From Octopus bimaculoides (taxonomy: Eukaryota): a stretch of 64,000 nt of DNA. The notes beneath the pieces were generated by a model, which saw only the letters and a program-made list of their open reading frames with translations, was not told the origin of the DNA and did not search any database. Below, piece after piece: positions 36,440 through 48,700 of this stretch. Made by a program: the position numbers and the translations under genes. The stretch spans positions 176,944,561 to 177,008,560 of the forward strand of contig NC_068981.1 of NCBI RefSeq assembly GCF_001194135.2, written 5' to 3'. Each line of letters starts with the position of its first letter. Positions within the stretch are counted from its first letter, which is position 1.

Positions 36440-39400
36440 TGTCATCTGTTTTCAACAGTCGGAACACCATAGCTTCTCATTTCAATCCTTCTAGCACTAT
36501 CCTTATTCATTCACAAGGCTTTCAAATTTTTGATATTTTAAATTGAATCCAAAATAACTTTTATCTTTGATGGCCTCTAAAAAAATTTCCTTGTTTTTGC
36601 CATTCCTAGTACTTCATCTTTTTGCATTCCTCTTAATTTCTTCATCAGTTTCATGCTCTGTTCAAGATATTCTCAACATTCATTCATTGGCCCATATCTC
36701 AAAAGCTTGTAATCTATTTGATAATATTTTTTGTTAATGACCATGTTTCAGCTCAATAGAACAGAGTGAGCCCCATGCATATCACTTTCATAATCTTTTT
36801 CTGGTTTCATATTAGCATTTCTTGATGCCTGTGTGTTTGATATTTCATCAAGTGATTTTTTGGTTATCAATATTTCTGTTGATTTCTATTTTGCAGTTCT
36901 CATTTTCTGATTGTATATACCCAAGTCTATCATCTTTTGTGTCTAATCAATTGACTTCTCTTACTTGTACTGTTTATTTTTGGTAATTGTTGTTTCTTAC
37001 TGATTACCATTGATTTTGTTTTCTTTACATTCATTTTCATTCCATAGACCATTCCTTTGTCACTTAATTCCAAAGTTCTGTAGATCATCATAGTTGAAAG
37101 TAATAGGGTACTAAGATGTGCATATCTTAAATTGTTTATATTCATATCTTTAGCAACACTCCTAAAATTTTTATATTTTTCTGAAGTTTTTGTCAATGTA
37201 TAGATTAGATAAGCTAGAGAATAATACACAGCTCTGCCTAACCTCTTTCTTGTACAAGTTCAAATGTGCTTGGGGCATATTTGAATCTGCAAAAAAGCCA
37301 TTCATTGTGTTTTGTTATGGAAAAATTTCTTGTAGACAAATGGTGTAAATACACCTAAAATCTGCAGTGCAGCACCACCTATCCAGACTGTGAGATACAA
37401 ACATTTTGGAGTGGTTATCTCCTCTTCAGTCACAGAAACTGAACAGGTAGTGCTGCAAACTGATGAGAGATTGTCTCACTTATGATATTCCTGTCATTGT
37501 ACAATGACTGGCTCACTGTAAACAAATTATATACCCCAAGTGTATTGAATTGATAATAACCTTGTATTTATACACATCACTGCTTAGCACTGCCACCCTG
37601 TAATTTCTTTCCTGTGGTTAACATCTGAGGTTTTTCCATATTCAAGTCTTCCCACTACTATTTGTTTTCTTTACATTTTTGTTATTTGGCGGTCTTTATC
37701 ACATATCCTGAGTTCCAGTTGTCATTCTGTCATTTTTATATAGCTTACTCTACCAAATATCTTTGATACAGTCAAGAAAGCCTATGTAAACACTTTGATT
37801 TATGTCTTGAGCTCTTTCAGATATTGTTCTTAGGTTAAATAGCTCTTACACTATGGTATTCTCTCCATTCTTCAACAACTCAGCTGAGATATGATCCAGT
37901 CCTGGGGCTTTATTGCCCTTCAGTATTTTAAGAACCTGGATGACGTCCTCTTCACTAATAGTTACTCTTGTAAATTCAAGTCGTTCTGCCATCTGATTAG
38001 CTGCTGTGAAGGTATCAGATGATTTCAGCTACTTCAGAGTTTCCTTGAAATGGTCCACTCAGCTCTTGTTCTGTTCTTTTGTCAGCAAAATCTTCCAAGT
38101 CTTATCTTTCATCAGCAAGCTTGTATTGCCTCTACAACCAATCAGATCTTGCACTATATGATACAGTGTTTTTGTATCATTTCTAGTTGTTGCTTCCTGG
38201 GCTTCACAGACCTTCCCTTCTATCTATATCTTTTTATCTCTCCAACACTCTTTTTCACATGTCTGTTGACAGCTTGATAGTTGTTTGCAGCCATTTGGTA
38301 ACTTTGTTCAGTTTCTGCCTGATATCTTCAACTCTTTCTTCTTATCTATCAGCTTCCAACTTTTAGCTCTTTTCCATCTGTTCCTTTTAGTGCCTCTTCT
38401 TATTCTGATGGTTACTTTGATGCTCTTCAAAACTGATATTTTGCCTACTAATGTGCTTGGAACCTCTTGGTACTTGTAGATGAAAATTCCTCAAAATTGG
38501 AGCCTCCATCAGTCTTTCTGCTGCAAACAGTCTATTTACATCATTCTTTGTCAGCTTTTTCTGTTTTATTGGAGCACTGCCTGAAGAAGATGATGCTCTG
38601 ATCCTACATCTGTGTCACTGTACAATTTGATGTCTCTCAGTGCTGAGCACCATCGCAAGCTGATGCAAACATAATTGATTTCATTCTCAATACTCACATC
38701 TGATGAATGGCAGGTCTTCTTGTGGGTTCCACAGAGAGTAAAAAAGATGTAGCCAATGCTCAGACTGTTGATGTTGTAAAAAAAGCAGGTATTGCTTGCC
38801 ATTGTCAGATGTCTGCCACCCAGTTTCATTGGGGTCTTTCATATGTTTGAAACCAGCTCTGCCCCTATCCAGTTATGCATTCCAGTCACCCCCATGACCA
38901 GCTTGACTGGTCATTTTGCAGATGTTCATAACACACATCCTTGTAAGCATCTTCTGCATTTGGATCACTGTTTCCTTTGAGAATCATGTCTTGAACTGAG
39001 CTGTTATAATTTGGTCACTCACACCTCTTCTGCTTAATAGTGTTTCAACTTTTTTACTAACACTGTGAATGCGTTGATCCTCATATCCAGAACATATAAT
39101 TGTCTTATTATCATTGTCTATTTTCCCTCTTTTGATTCAACTCATTTCATTTACTCCCAGAATACTCAGTCAGAAGTGGTCAAATTCACAAAGATGCTGA
39201 GGAAATGTTCCACACTTGTACAGAGTTCAAATGTTCCAGGTAGTAATATGAGTTTTTGGTTTAGTGCTTAGACCTGAACTTTTCATCAGGTGCTGGGCAA
39301 CCCCTTGGCTTTGTCCCAATTCTGTCATAATTTAGAGCAAGCTTCCTCTTCATGTTGGGTATTGTTTTTTATTTTGCTGTTTCTGTAGTATTTCTAGTTT

Positions 39401-39470
39401 TTCTCACATGAATGTTTTACTCAGTGGTTCTAGTAACTGGTTCCTAGCCCAGTGACCACCCTCCTACTTT
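36440..39470 (-). mobile_element. Decayed RTE-clade LINE (APE endonuclease + RT)
   Basis: Endonuclease HKKTCHSSD...NEINYVCISLRWCSALRDIKLYSDTDVGSEHHLL (38566-38829). KAPGLDHISAELLKNG (~37900). RT NINNLRYA...GMKMNVKKTKSMVIS (36930-37229). LQAFEIW...MLRIS (~36700). Many stops, and unrelated sequence at ~37250-37650. Confidence 0.85.
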
Positions 39471-40559
39471 CACAGAAAAGAAAATAGCATGGTCACAGCA
39501 TGAATATTGACTGGACAATGGAAATCATTAGTAATTATTCATTGTAATGTAGTTGATACCAAATAAGAGCAGGCTGAACGATTATTTTGTTAGTCAATTT
39601 TTTCAGGTTGCCTTCATTTTCTTTATGTCATGTATAGGTCAACATTATAGGCATTTTCTACAGGAAATATTTATTTCTCTCAAATTACACAAGTACAATT
39701 AACCCTACCTTAGTGCTTTTTAGATTAGCTGATAATCTGAATTATGTCAGAATAGTAAACAAATGCTTTAAAGATATTAATCTTGACAACAGCTATTTAT
39801 AAAAGTAGTGTGTGAATCACTGCAAATGAAATACTAAGTAAAAGGCCAGAAATATCAAAAACAATCAAACTATTGCTCTAGAATTTATTATATTTGTTCA
39901 GAAGTGTTGCTTCAGTGTGCATACATGCATGTGTTTGTATGAGAGCAAGAAGGAGAATGAGAGACTAAGAGAGAAAATTTTTTAAATGAATGTGAGGATA
40001 AAGATATTACAACCCACATCATCTTAATACTCAAACGTCTATGTATGTTGGGGTTCAACAGACATCTGAACAGTGTTCAGACAGATCAAATGGAATTAAG
40101 GTAAACATTTTAACATTCATCACTCTTACCATTGTCCATCTCTTATCCAACAACACTCTATCTCTCTCTCTCTCACTTCCTCTATCACCCTCTCACACCA
40201 TTCACTCTATGTCTATCATCAAATTCTTGCTCCATTCAACTACCCACATTTTTCTGTCATAGCTCTTTCCTTGATTCACTTTCTCAGTCACATTGTCTTG
40301 AGCAAACACATATATGATAGAGAGAGTATACTCTTTAGTCTTATGAGGCACAAGCAAATATCATTAGTTCTGATGCTTTAATAAAATGCATCCAGTGTAC
40401 TCTGTGAAGAGAATGGCAAAGAGGAGACAATGTAGCATCATGAGGACCTTTTAGTTTTGTTGAGGACAAAACAATCACTCTATTGCTGATGTTAAATATC
40501 ATTTTGTTGAATGTGTGCATTATGTAATTGGAAACAAAGCAAGCTGCAAATGTAGAAGC

Positions 40560-40900
40560 TTTTTACAAAAGAGTATTGCTTACAAAGACATCTTGGTTGG
40601 GGAGTAGTGGACAGAAGACTTCTATGTAGTTGGTAGAGATCTTCTCAGCAAAGGGTCAAAAGGGTTAGCTGCAATTTGGGTACAGGTGAGTTTTCAGGTT
40701 GTACAATGCACAAAGGCAACTTCTACTTTTCAGATGATATTTTTGACAAACTGCAATAGAGGGTAAAATCCACCTGGTTGGTAGTGGTGGATGAGTTTTT
40801 CCATATGATGTAGATCATGATCATACCTTGTGTTGCTGCATATGAACCACTTGAAGCAGTGCTTTCCAAAGTGACAAATATCAGTCCCTCCGCACAACAA
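40560..40900 (-). mobile_element. Possible CR1-like LINE 3' fragment
   Basis: LESTAS...AATQGMIMIYII resembles the CR1 RRxRGDxIxxYKI region. Weak match. Confidence 0.3.
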
Positions 40901-40929
40901 ATATAAGTAAATTTTTTACTCCCCATCTG

Positions 40930-41360
40930 GGGAGTTGGCTATGCTGACAAGGTTCCCCGGTTGATCTGATCAACAGAATAGCCTGCCCATGAAATTAACA
41001 TACCACTTCACAAACATGTGTACCCTTAATGTAGGTCATAGTAGAAGACACTTAGTCAAAGTCTCACACAGTGGGATTGAACTAGGAACCATGTGGTTGG
41101 GAAGCAAACTTCTTATTTCTTTACTGCCCACAAGGGGCTACACACAGAGGGGACAAACATGGACAGACAAACAGATTAAGTCGATTATATCAACCCCAGT
41201 GCATAATTGGTACCTATTTAATCGACCCCGAAATGATGAAAGGCAAAGTCGACATCAGTGGAATTTGAACTCAGAACGTAGCGGCACATGAAATACTGCA
41301 GCATTTCATCTGGTGTGCTAACGTTTCTGCCAACAAACTTCTTACCACACAGCCACACCA
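40930..41360 (-). mobile_element. Family E tail fragment joined to a family A head, itself interrupted by family B
   Basis: CAACAGAATAGCCTGC..GAAATTAAC (E), then GTAGAAGACACTT...CATGTGGTTGGGAAGCAAACTT (A), which resumes at 41334. Confidence 0.75.
41116..41333 (-). mobile_element. SINE family B nested in the family A head
   Basis: 11-bp TSD CAAACTTCTTA at 41105-41115 and 41334-41344. Confidence 0.9.
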
Positions 41361-42579
41361 GCACCTAGATTGTTCCATGTGTGTATGTAATGCTAAACAC
41401 TTCCATGAGTTTTCTCTCAGCAATATTGTTGATATTCCTAATCACTATCACAACACTGCATTTGTTTCTATATATACTGATCACTGTTACTTTTTCCATT
41501 GCTTAAGTGGTTCTATAAGACCAAAACATGTTCACTGTAGCCACCATTTGACTCTGAAGATCAGATCCACTCCAATCTGTGTTCTCTGCATTGTTGAAAA
41601 ATTTTGATCAACTGATTTCCCTTGTCTGTTGCTTTTAGATTTTAAACATCATAGAAGGTGGTTTTGCCCTCAATAATTTCAACTGATCCAAGTGCTTCTG
41701 CATTACATATGCAAGACCCTACTGTATTTAAATTTTGCAGCATTTTCTAATAAATCACACTCAAATGCATGATTTAATAGGTAAAGTAGTATGGCATGTC
41801 TCAAAGGATAAAATAAAATTGCTATGACAGATTTCAAAGCAATCATATTTGGCTCCAAATTACCACTCCCTAATCACCGTAGCGTTTTTATTGTTTCGAA
41901 ATGGAGTTCAAGAGGAAAACAATGTTCCAAAATAGAGACTTTATACATTGAAATTTCAAGAAAATATTTTATATAGATTTAATTGACAATCAATGATAGT
42001 ACTAATAAAAATAATATAAATTCCCATTAATACGTAATGAATTTTGCAAATAAACCCTGAACAATTTCATTAAAAAAAAAAAAATTAATGAAACCGCAAT
42101 TATACAAAGATTTGAATAATTATTTTCGAGAAATGAAGTCGCACAATTCGTTGCGACTGACTAAACAGCAGTTTAACATACAGCGCTCCTTCAGTGAAAT
42201 CTCACAAACAGGGGGAGATAATTTGATTGTGTGGCATGATTTCTGAAGCTTTTAGATTCATTAACTCAAAAAATTAATATCTTCCCCCACTCGCTTTTCT
42301 TTTAGCTCAGTTTAAACTTATCACTAATGCGTCACATGGCAAATAGATTTTACAATTATTTTCAGCTCAATTGGAATAACATTTCCATCACATATATATA
42401 ATAAACAATTTCTGAATAAATAAATGCGTTATTCTAAAAATAAGACGGAAAACATTTCATCTGTAAGCTTGTTTACTTGTTATTCTTATCGATTATTATT
42501 ATTACTGTCATCATCATCATCAATATCATAAACGTTGTTGTAGCAAATAAGGAAATCACGATCATAATCATTAACAGAG

Positions 42580-42795
42580 AGGTGGATTAACAAAAACAAT
42601 CAGACAAAAATTATTTGTGGTATTTAGTCATTTTAATATTTTGAGTTCAAATCCCGCCTAGGCCGAATTTGCTTTTCATTCATTAGGGATCGATAAAATA
42701 AATACCAGTTAAATATTGAAGTGACTGAATCCAGACTATCTAAAAAAAAAATTTTTAAAAAGGTGGGGTTAGTGGTCTTGTATTTATGTTAGAAA
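42580..42795 (+). mobile_element. Old family B-related SINE
   Basis: TTTTGAGTTCAAATCCCGCC...GATCGATAAAATAAATACCAG. Similar old copies lie at ~45252-45450, 58628-58740, 58948-59125, 60372-60565, 61288-61450 (+) and 32140-32310 (-). Confidence 0.65.
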
Positions 42796-42839
42796 TTCTT
42801 AATTTACTAACAACAAAATAAGAGAGAATATCACGAAAT

Positions 42840-42960
42840 AGTGATGCAGCACTGAATTCGTGCCAATTAGTCCACAACATCAAGCCACTGCCAATGTCTC
42901 AGGTAGAAGCTCATTCCCCGCACTGACTGACTCGCCCTGTCTGTTTCCCCCCCCCCTTCT
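42840..42960 (+). promoter_or_regulatory. Candidate promoter region
   Basis: Two CCAAT boxes (42863-42867, 42891-42895) in a CpG-retaining region about 1.1 kb upstream of the 43996 ATG. The TSS cannot be located from sequence alone. Confidence 0.3.
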
Positions 42961-43742
42961 CTTCATCTATTTCTCTTTTTGATATATATATATACATATA
43001 TATAGATATGAATAGAAGCATCATATTTATTATTAGTAGTTTTAAGAAACCCTTTTCTTTTCTTTTTTTTTTTTTATTCACACACTTTTCTTAGATATGC
43101 TCTAATTTTTCACGCCGTGTAATCATTATTATTATTATCTCCTTCAGCTTCCTCATCCTTGAACAAGCCAGTGATCAAGAACGTCCCTGCTTGCCTTCAC
43201 AACCAGTTATAGTAAGCTGCCTCCACCCAGCAATACCGCCATCGACACCGCTGCTATATCATCTTCAGCGTCTACTGGCAACTGTTCTGCTACTATAACG
43301 ACTGCAGCTTTACCGACATTTCTTTACCAATAAGCAGCAGCAGTAGCAGTCGCACACACCAACACCTCCACCACTACCAACACCATTACCACCGTTTACT
43401 GCTGCCATCCGGGGGAGGCACACCAAGTAAAGACGAAGGCGGTGGAGGAAGAAGAAGCCGCCGACGACGAAGAGGAAGAAGAAGAAAACGTCGTGGTTCG
43501 ACGCTGCTAGAATAAACCGACTACTACCAAGCACCTTAACGTCAGCCAGGGAAGAAAGAAGCTTTCCCTTGTTGAAACAAGGACTGGAGTGTCGGCTTCA
43601 TCCCAGCATCGTTTGGTGAAGCCGAACAACTCCATCAACGTTGTCGCCACCACCCAAAATATCTACCAAAATACCTACCCACCCCCCAGTCGGGATATAT
43701 TTTGGGGGTGGGAGAAAAAGTGAGAGAGTTAGAAAGAGAAAG

Positions 43743-43793
43743 ATGTGGATTTCAATACGTATCCTTTTGACAAGCAACAACATCCATGGCTGA
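43743..43793 (+). promoter_or_regulatory. Candidate uORF1 (16 aa)
   Basis: MWISIRILLTSNNIHG*. Its stop lies just past the ATG of uORF2. Confidence 0.3.
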
Positions 43794-43920
43794 AACCAGC
43801 TCCAGGCACGTCCTCTCTGTGGTAACAGCATTGAACCTCCTTCGACAGCACCAAGTCTGGTCAGGGCACATTACTACAGAAAAGGTTTTTAGAGCCCTTA
43901 TAAAAAGAAAACAAATCTAA
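43786..43920 (+). promoter_or_regulatory. Candidate uORF2 (44 aa)
   Basis: MAETSSRHVLSVVTALNLLRQHQVWSGHITTEKVFRALIKRKQI*, ending 75 nt before the main ATG and in the same frame. Confidence 0.35.
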
Positions 43921-43995
43921 GGGAAGACGTCATTTAAAAAAGTATTAAAGTAAAAATATATATATATATAAAACACCGCGGAAATTTGGAGAGAT

Positions 43996-44197
43996 ATGGC
44001 ACCCACAAGGAGCACAGGACAGTGGCAAGGTGTCCGCCGCCGTCGCCGGGGAGGGACTCTTTATTACCATTATTATTCTGGCACTGTCGCAGAAGGAGGA
44101 TCTTTACTCAGGAAAAGCTTGACACTGGAACCATTATTATTATATTCCGTGTTACATCTGCTTTTATTCTATCAAGGGTGTGAAGCTCTTGATTTAG
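43996..44197 (+). CDS. First coding exon of a secreted or membrane protein (long signal peptide); downstream exons not identified
   Basis: ATG in good context (GATATGG) with an upstream in-frame TAA (43951). Encodes MAPTR...RRRRRGG...LEPLLLYSVLHLLLFYQGCEA/LDL with an h-region and a C-E-A cleavage-type site. Donor TAG|GTAAGT at 44198 is phase 1. Confidence 0.7.
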
Positions 44198-46699
44198 GTA
44201 AGTCCATAAACAACGCACGTCTTTTACTTTAAAAAGGCGTCCTCTTATATTGCTGTTTTCCATGGAATCTGTATTCTTACTTGCACTTTGCACTCACAGA
44301 TATGCACCACTCATACATACACACACACAAAATATATATGTATACATTCACACACGTTTATTATATACACACATATTGTCATACACGTTTATAGTATATG
44401 TACATACATTCACACAAATGTTTATATACATACACACACCTGTGTTGTAATTATATTGAAATCGTGCATTCCACTGTGTATATCTAGTCTATTATTTTCA
44501 ATAATATTTGGTTTATGTAAATAATAAATGTACGTGATATATCCATGGAAAACGCATGTGTAAAATTGCATTCTAACACACACACACACATATACACAGA
44601 TCCCTTTTCATTCATCTGCCACTATATATACATCTATACTTCATACTTAAACGTGTATGTATGAAAACTATCATTATTACACTCATCACACATACAATCA
44701 TGCTTCTAAACGTACCCAGTTTGGATTTTAATTCATATATATTCAAAAATCGCACCTACATACATAGAAACTAAGCAGGTAAGTAAATTTCTTCCCCCAA
44801 ATCTACGCTCGATATCTAGTAGCAGAATGAAATCTGAAACCAGTTCCGTTGGACAATTAAGCTGTTACGTGCATCTATGACCGTCCACTACGATGGAAAA
44901 CCTTTTGCAACACACTGGAAATGAAAGATATTAAAATGGCTTTCTCTCGTTCTTGCGTTTTTTTATATTCTTTGCCTGTTCCCTTAAATCTAGTTAACAA
45001 GCTGCCATCTCCATCTTCCTTCGACTGCAACAACCATTCCTTCAACCCCCCCCCATACCTCCTCTCTTTTAATCTTCCTCTACTGACCACTATGCACGTG
45101 TGCTACAGCCCACCCCTCTCTATTATTCTCACCTACCACCCTATGAGTTGGCCGAATTTTATGACAGGTATCATCAATCAATGAATAAAATGAAACAGTT
45201 TTACTTGGCATCGTTGGTTAGGGATTCATATTTATTATCTATCAAGCCTGTCGGCGAGATGGAAGAATCGGTAAGGCATCGGGTAAAATGCTTTGCGATA
45301 TTTCTTCCGGTCCTGTACGTTCTGAGCTCAAATCCCACCGAGGTCATTTTTTACCTTTCTATCCTTTTGGGTCGATACGGATATCGATGTTATCGATTAA
45401 CCCCCTTCCTTTGATATTGATGGCCTTGTACATAAATTAGAAACCATTATCTACTAGCCCAGATAACGATGCCCCCCTCCTCCCTTCGTTTACTATTTTC
45501 TTGTTGTTGTTCCACTACAATATTAGAATAGTAGCGGAGATCCAAGAAGAAATATTAGACAATTTCCTTGAACCGAATGTTAATGTAAAGAATATAAGAG
45601 ATTCTAAAAATGGCAGCGTTCTTTCTATTTTTTCTGCCCAAATATCAGTTCAGTCGCTGCCAATATTGGAATCAGTATTTTTATTCCATTATATTTTGTC
45701 TTAATTCTCAAATTAAATAACGAAGATACGGTTGTACGTACACCCATTCATCTATCACAGCGAAAGAATTTTAACTTACTACCCGTTGTAAGCTCGCATT
45801 ATAAAATATTTTAAGTTATAGTCGAAAAACGAAAGTGATATGCTGTCTTTCTGTCGATGGTTCTATTTTGTTTGTGTTATTTTGGTCTTTGTTATCTTAA
45901 AAATATTCTGAACTGAATTGCTGAATCGATACTTTGTGCTCGCTTCTTCCCTTGTACATCACTTTGTTTGACACGAATAAATTAACTTCCCCTTTTACAT
46001 TATAATAAAACGAGTGTAAGAAATCAGTATTTTAAGGTAGAATATTTCCTTTCTCTCTCGGCATAGATTTTTTTCCTTCTTTACTTACTTGATATTTTTC
46101 AGATAGACCTACGCATTGTTTTTGTTCAGTTGGGTGTAGATTTTTTTTATTTATTTATGTATTTAAATATTTATTTCAGACAATACTCACTCGCTTTATC
46201 CCCGTAATATATTCCCCTTTCTGATGATGAGATTAAATGAAAACAGTTATTAATTAATTCAATGCTTCTGTTTAATAAGAGTCAGGTGATTGTACGATAT
46301 CGAAAATATTTCTTGTGAAACTTAAACACTTCAGCAAAACAATCTCAAGATCACGTATATACTCATATACCAACATGATCACACACACTCACGTCAATGA
46401 ATAAGTCAATTAATGTTAGGTGCGTGCGTGTGTGTGTGTGTGCGTGTGGTGCTGGTTGGTGCAGCAAATGTTCACGGCCAAGGTCAGGCTGGAGCTTCCG
46501 TTTCAAAACACAGGATAAATGTTTATATATATATATAAAGATAAGATCTGAAAGCAATATTTCTATAATGCGATATACTCACGCATATATAAATATTTTG
46601 GTTATTAATTAACTTACAAAATATTACTGTGATTGTATGTAGGTTTATATACCAACACACGTATGGTTACACATTCAGTGCACATCGATAAATACATAT

Positions 46700-47072
46700 T
46701 CATGCACACACGTGGTTATACATTAATATAGATATAATTTATGCGCACGAACTTATACACATGTATATACATACATACAAAGGCACATACATATTTATAA
46801 ATACATACACAGAAAAAATATATATGTATATATACAGACATACATACACACGTCTGTGTATGTACAAAAGTGTGAATACGTGACTATATTAATGTTTCGG
46901 TATATGTTTACATGACAATATGTGTACAAATATATACCAATGAACATAGATATATTTACATATATACATAACTAGATCTACATATATATAGGTACACAGA
47001 TATATAATGCATGTATATGTGTGTGTGTGTGTGTGCATATATATGTACGAAAGAATGTATATCTGTGTATGA

Positions 47073-47108
<36 letters not shown>

Positions 47109-47555
47109 ATGAATGAATATATATATATATGTATGCATGTATGAATGAATGTATATATATATATATATGTATGAATGAATGTATATATATATGTATGAAT
47201 GAATGTATATATATATGTATGAATAAATGCATATATATATATGGATGTATTTATCTGAATACATAAATATATAATCATATAAATAGTATATATATATATA
47301 TGAATATATATATATANNNNNNNNNNNNNNNNNNNNNNNNNNNNNNNNNNNNNNNNNNNNNNNNNNNNNNNNNNNNNNNNNNNNNNNNNNNNNNNNNNNN
47401 NNNNNNNNNNNNNNNNATGTATATGTATGTATATATATATTTATGTATATATATATATTTATGTATTTATATGTATGTATGTATACATATATGTATGTCT
47501 ATATATATTCATATATATATATGTATATAAATGTATATTTGTATATATATATATG

Positions 47556-47591
<36 letters not shown>

Positions 47592-47835
47592 TGTATATAT
47601 ATTTATGTAGAGATATATATATATATGTATACGTGTATGTGTATGTATGTATATATATATATGTATATATATTTATGTAGAGATATATATATATATGTAT
47701 ACGTGTATGTGTATATATGTATATATATATATATATATAAATATATATATTATGTATACGTTTGTATGTATATATATATTATGTATATGTTTATATATAT
47801 ACATATGTATATATATATATGTATATGTGTATATA

Positions 47836-47873
<38 letters not shown>

Positions 47874-48700
47874 TATATGTATATATATATGTATGTATAT
47901 GTATATATGGATATATATATATACATGTATGTATGGATATATATGTATACATATATATATATGGGTATATATGTATATATATATGTATGTATATGTATAT
48001 ATGGATATATATATATACATGTATGTATGGATATATATGTATACATATATATATATGGGTATATATGTATAAATATATATATATGGGTATATATGTATAA
48101 ATATATATATATGGGTATATATGTATAAATATATATATGTGTTTATGCATGTATTTGTATATATATATATGTGTTTATATACCTGCCTGTATGTAAATAT
48201 GTATATATATATATATATATGTATATATGCATCTATGTATATATGCATGTATATATATATATATATTTATATATGGATATATATATGTATTTATGTATAT
48301 ATATGTGTATATACTTATGTATATATGTATATATGTGTATAAACATGCATAGGTATGTAAATATTTATGTATATATCTATGTTTATAAATGTAGATATGC
48401 AGGGCACGTGTATGTATGTATATATACAGAGTGGGAGAGTGAGAGAGATTGATTGATATTTTATGCCTGTCCATAAATATATATGTTTATATATACATGT
48501 ACACACATACGTATATACACATATGCTTATGTAAGTATATAGATAGTTTGTACATAAATTTGTTTACCTCTTCATATATGCGTGTCTGTGTACATGTGTA
48601 TATGTATATATAGATATGCATGTGTTTATATATGTATGCATATATAAACGACTTTATTCTTGTATGTATAGATACATATATTATGTATGCGTATAAAAAT
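46700..48700. repeat. AT-rich degenerate microsatellite/minisatellite field
   Basis: (AT)n/(GT)n mosaic with higher-order units. Source of the Y/I/M/C-rich ORFs. Confidence 0.95.

Noticed and set aside
43598-43831. - strand 77-aa ORF with a hydrophobic stretch
   Set aside because: The hydrophobicity comes from the antisense of a GA-rich tract. The + strand gene explains the region better.
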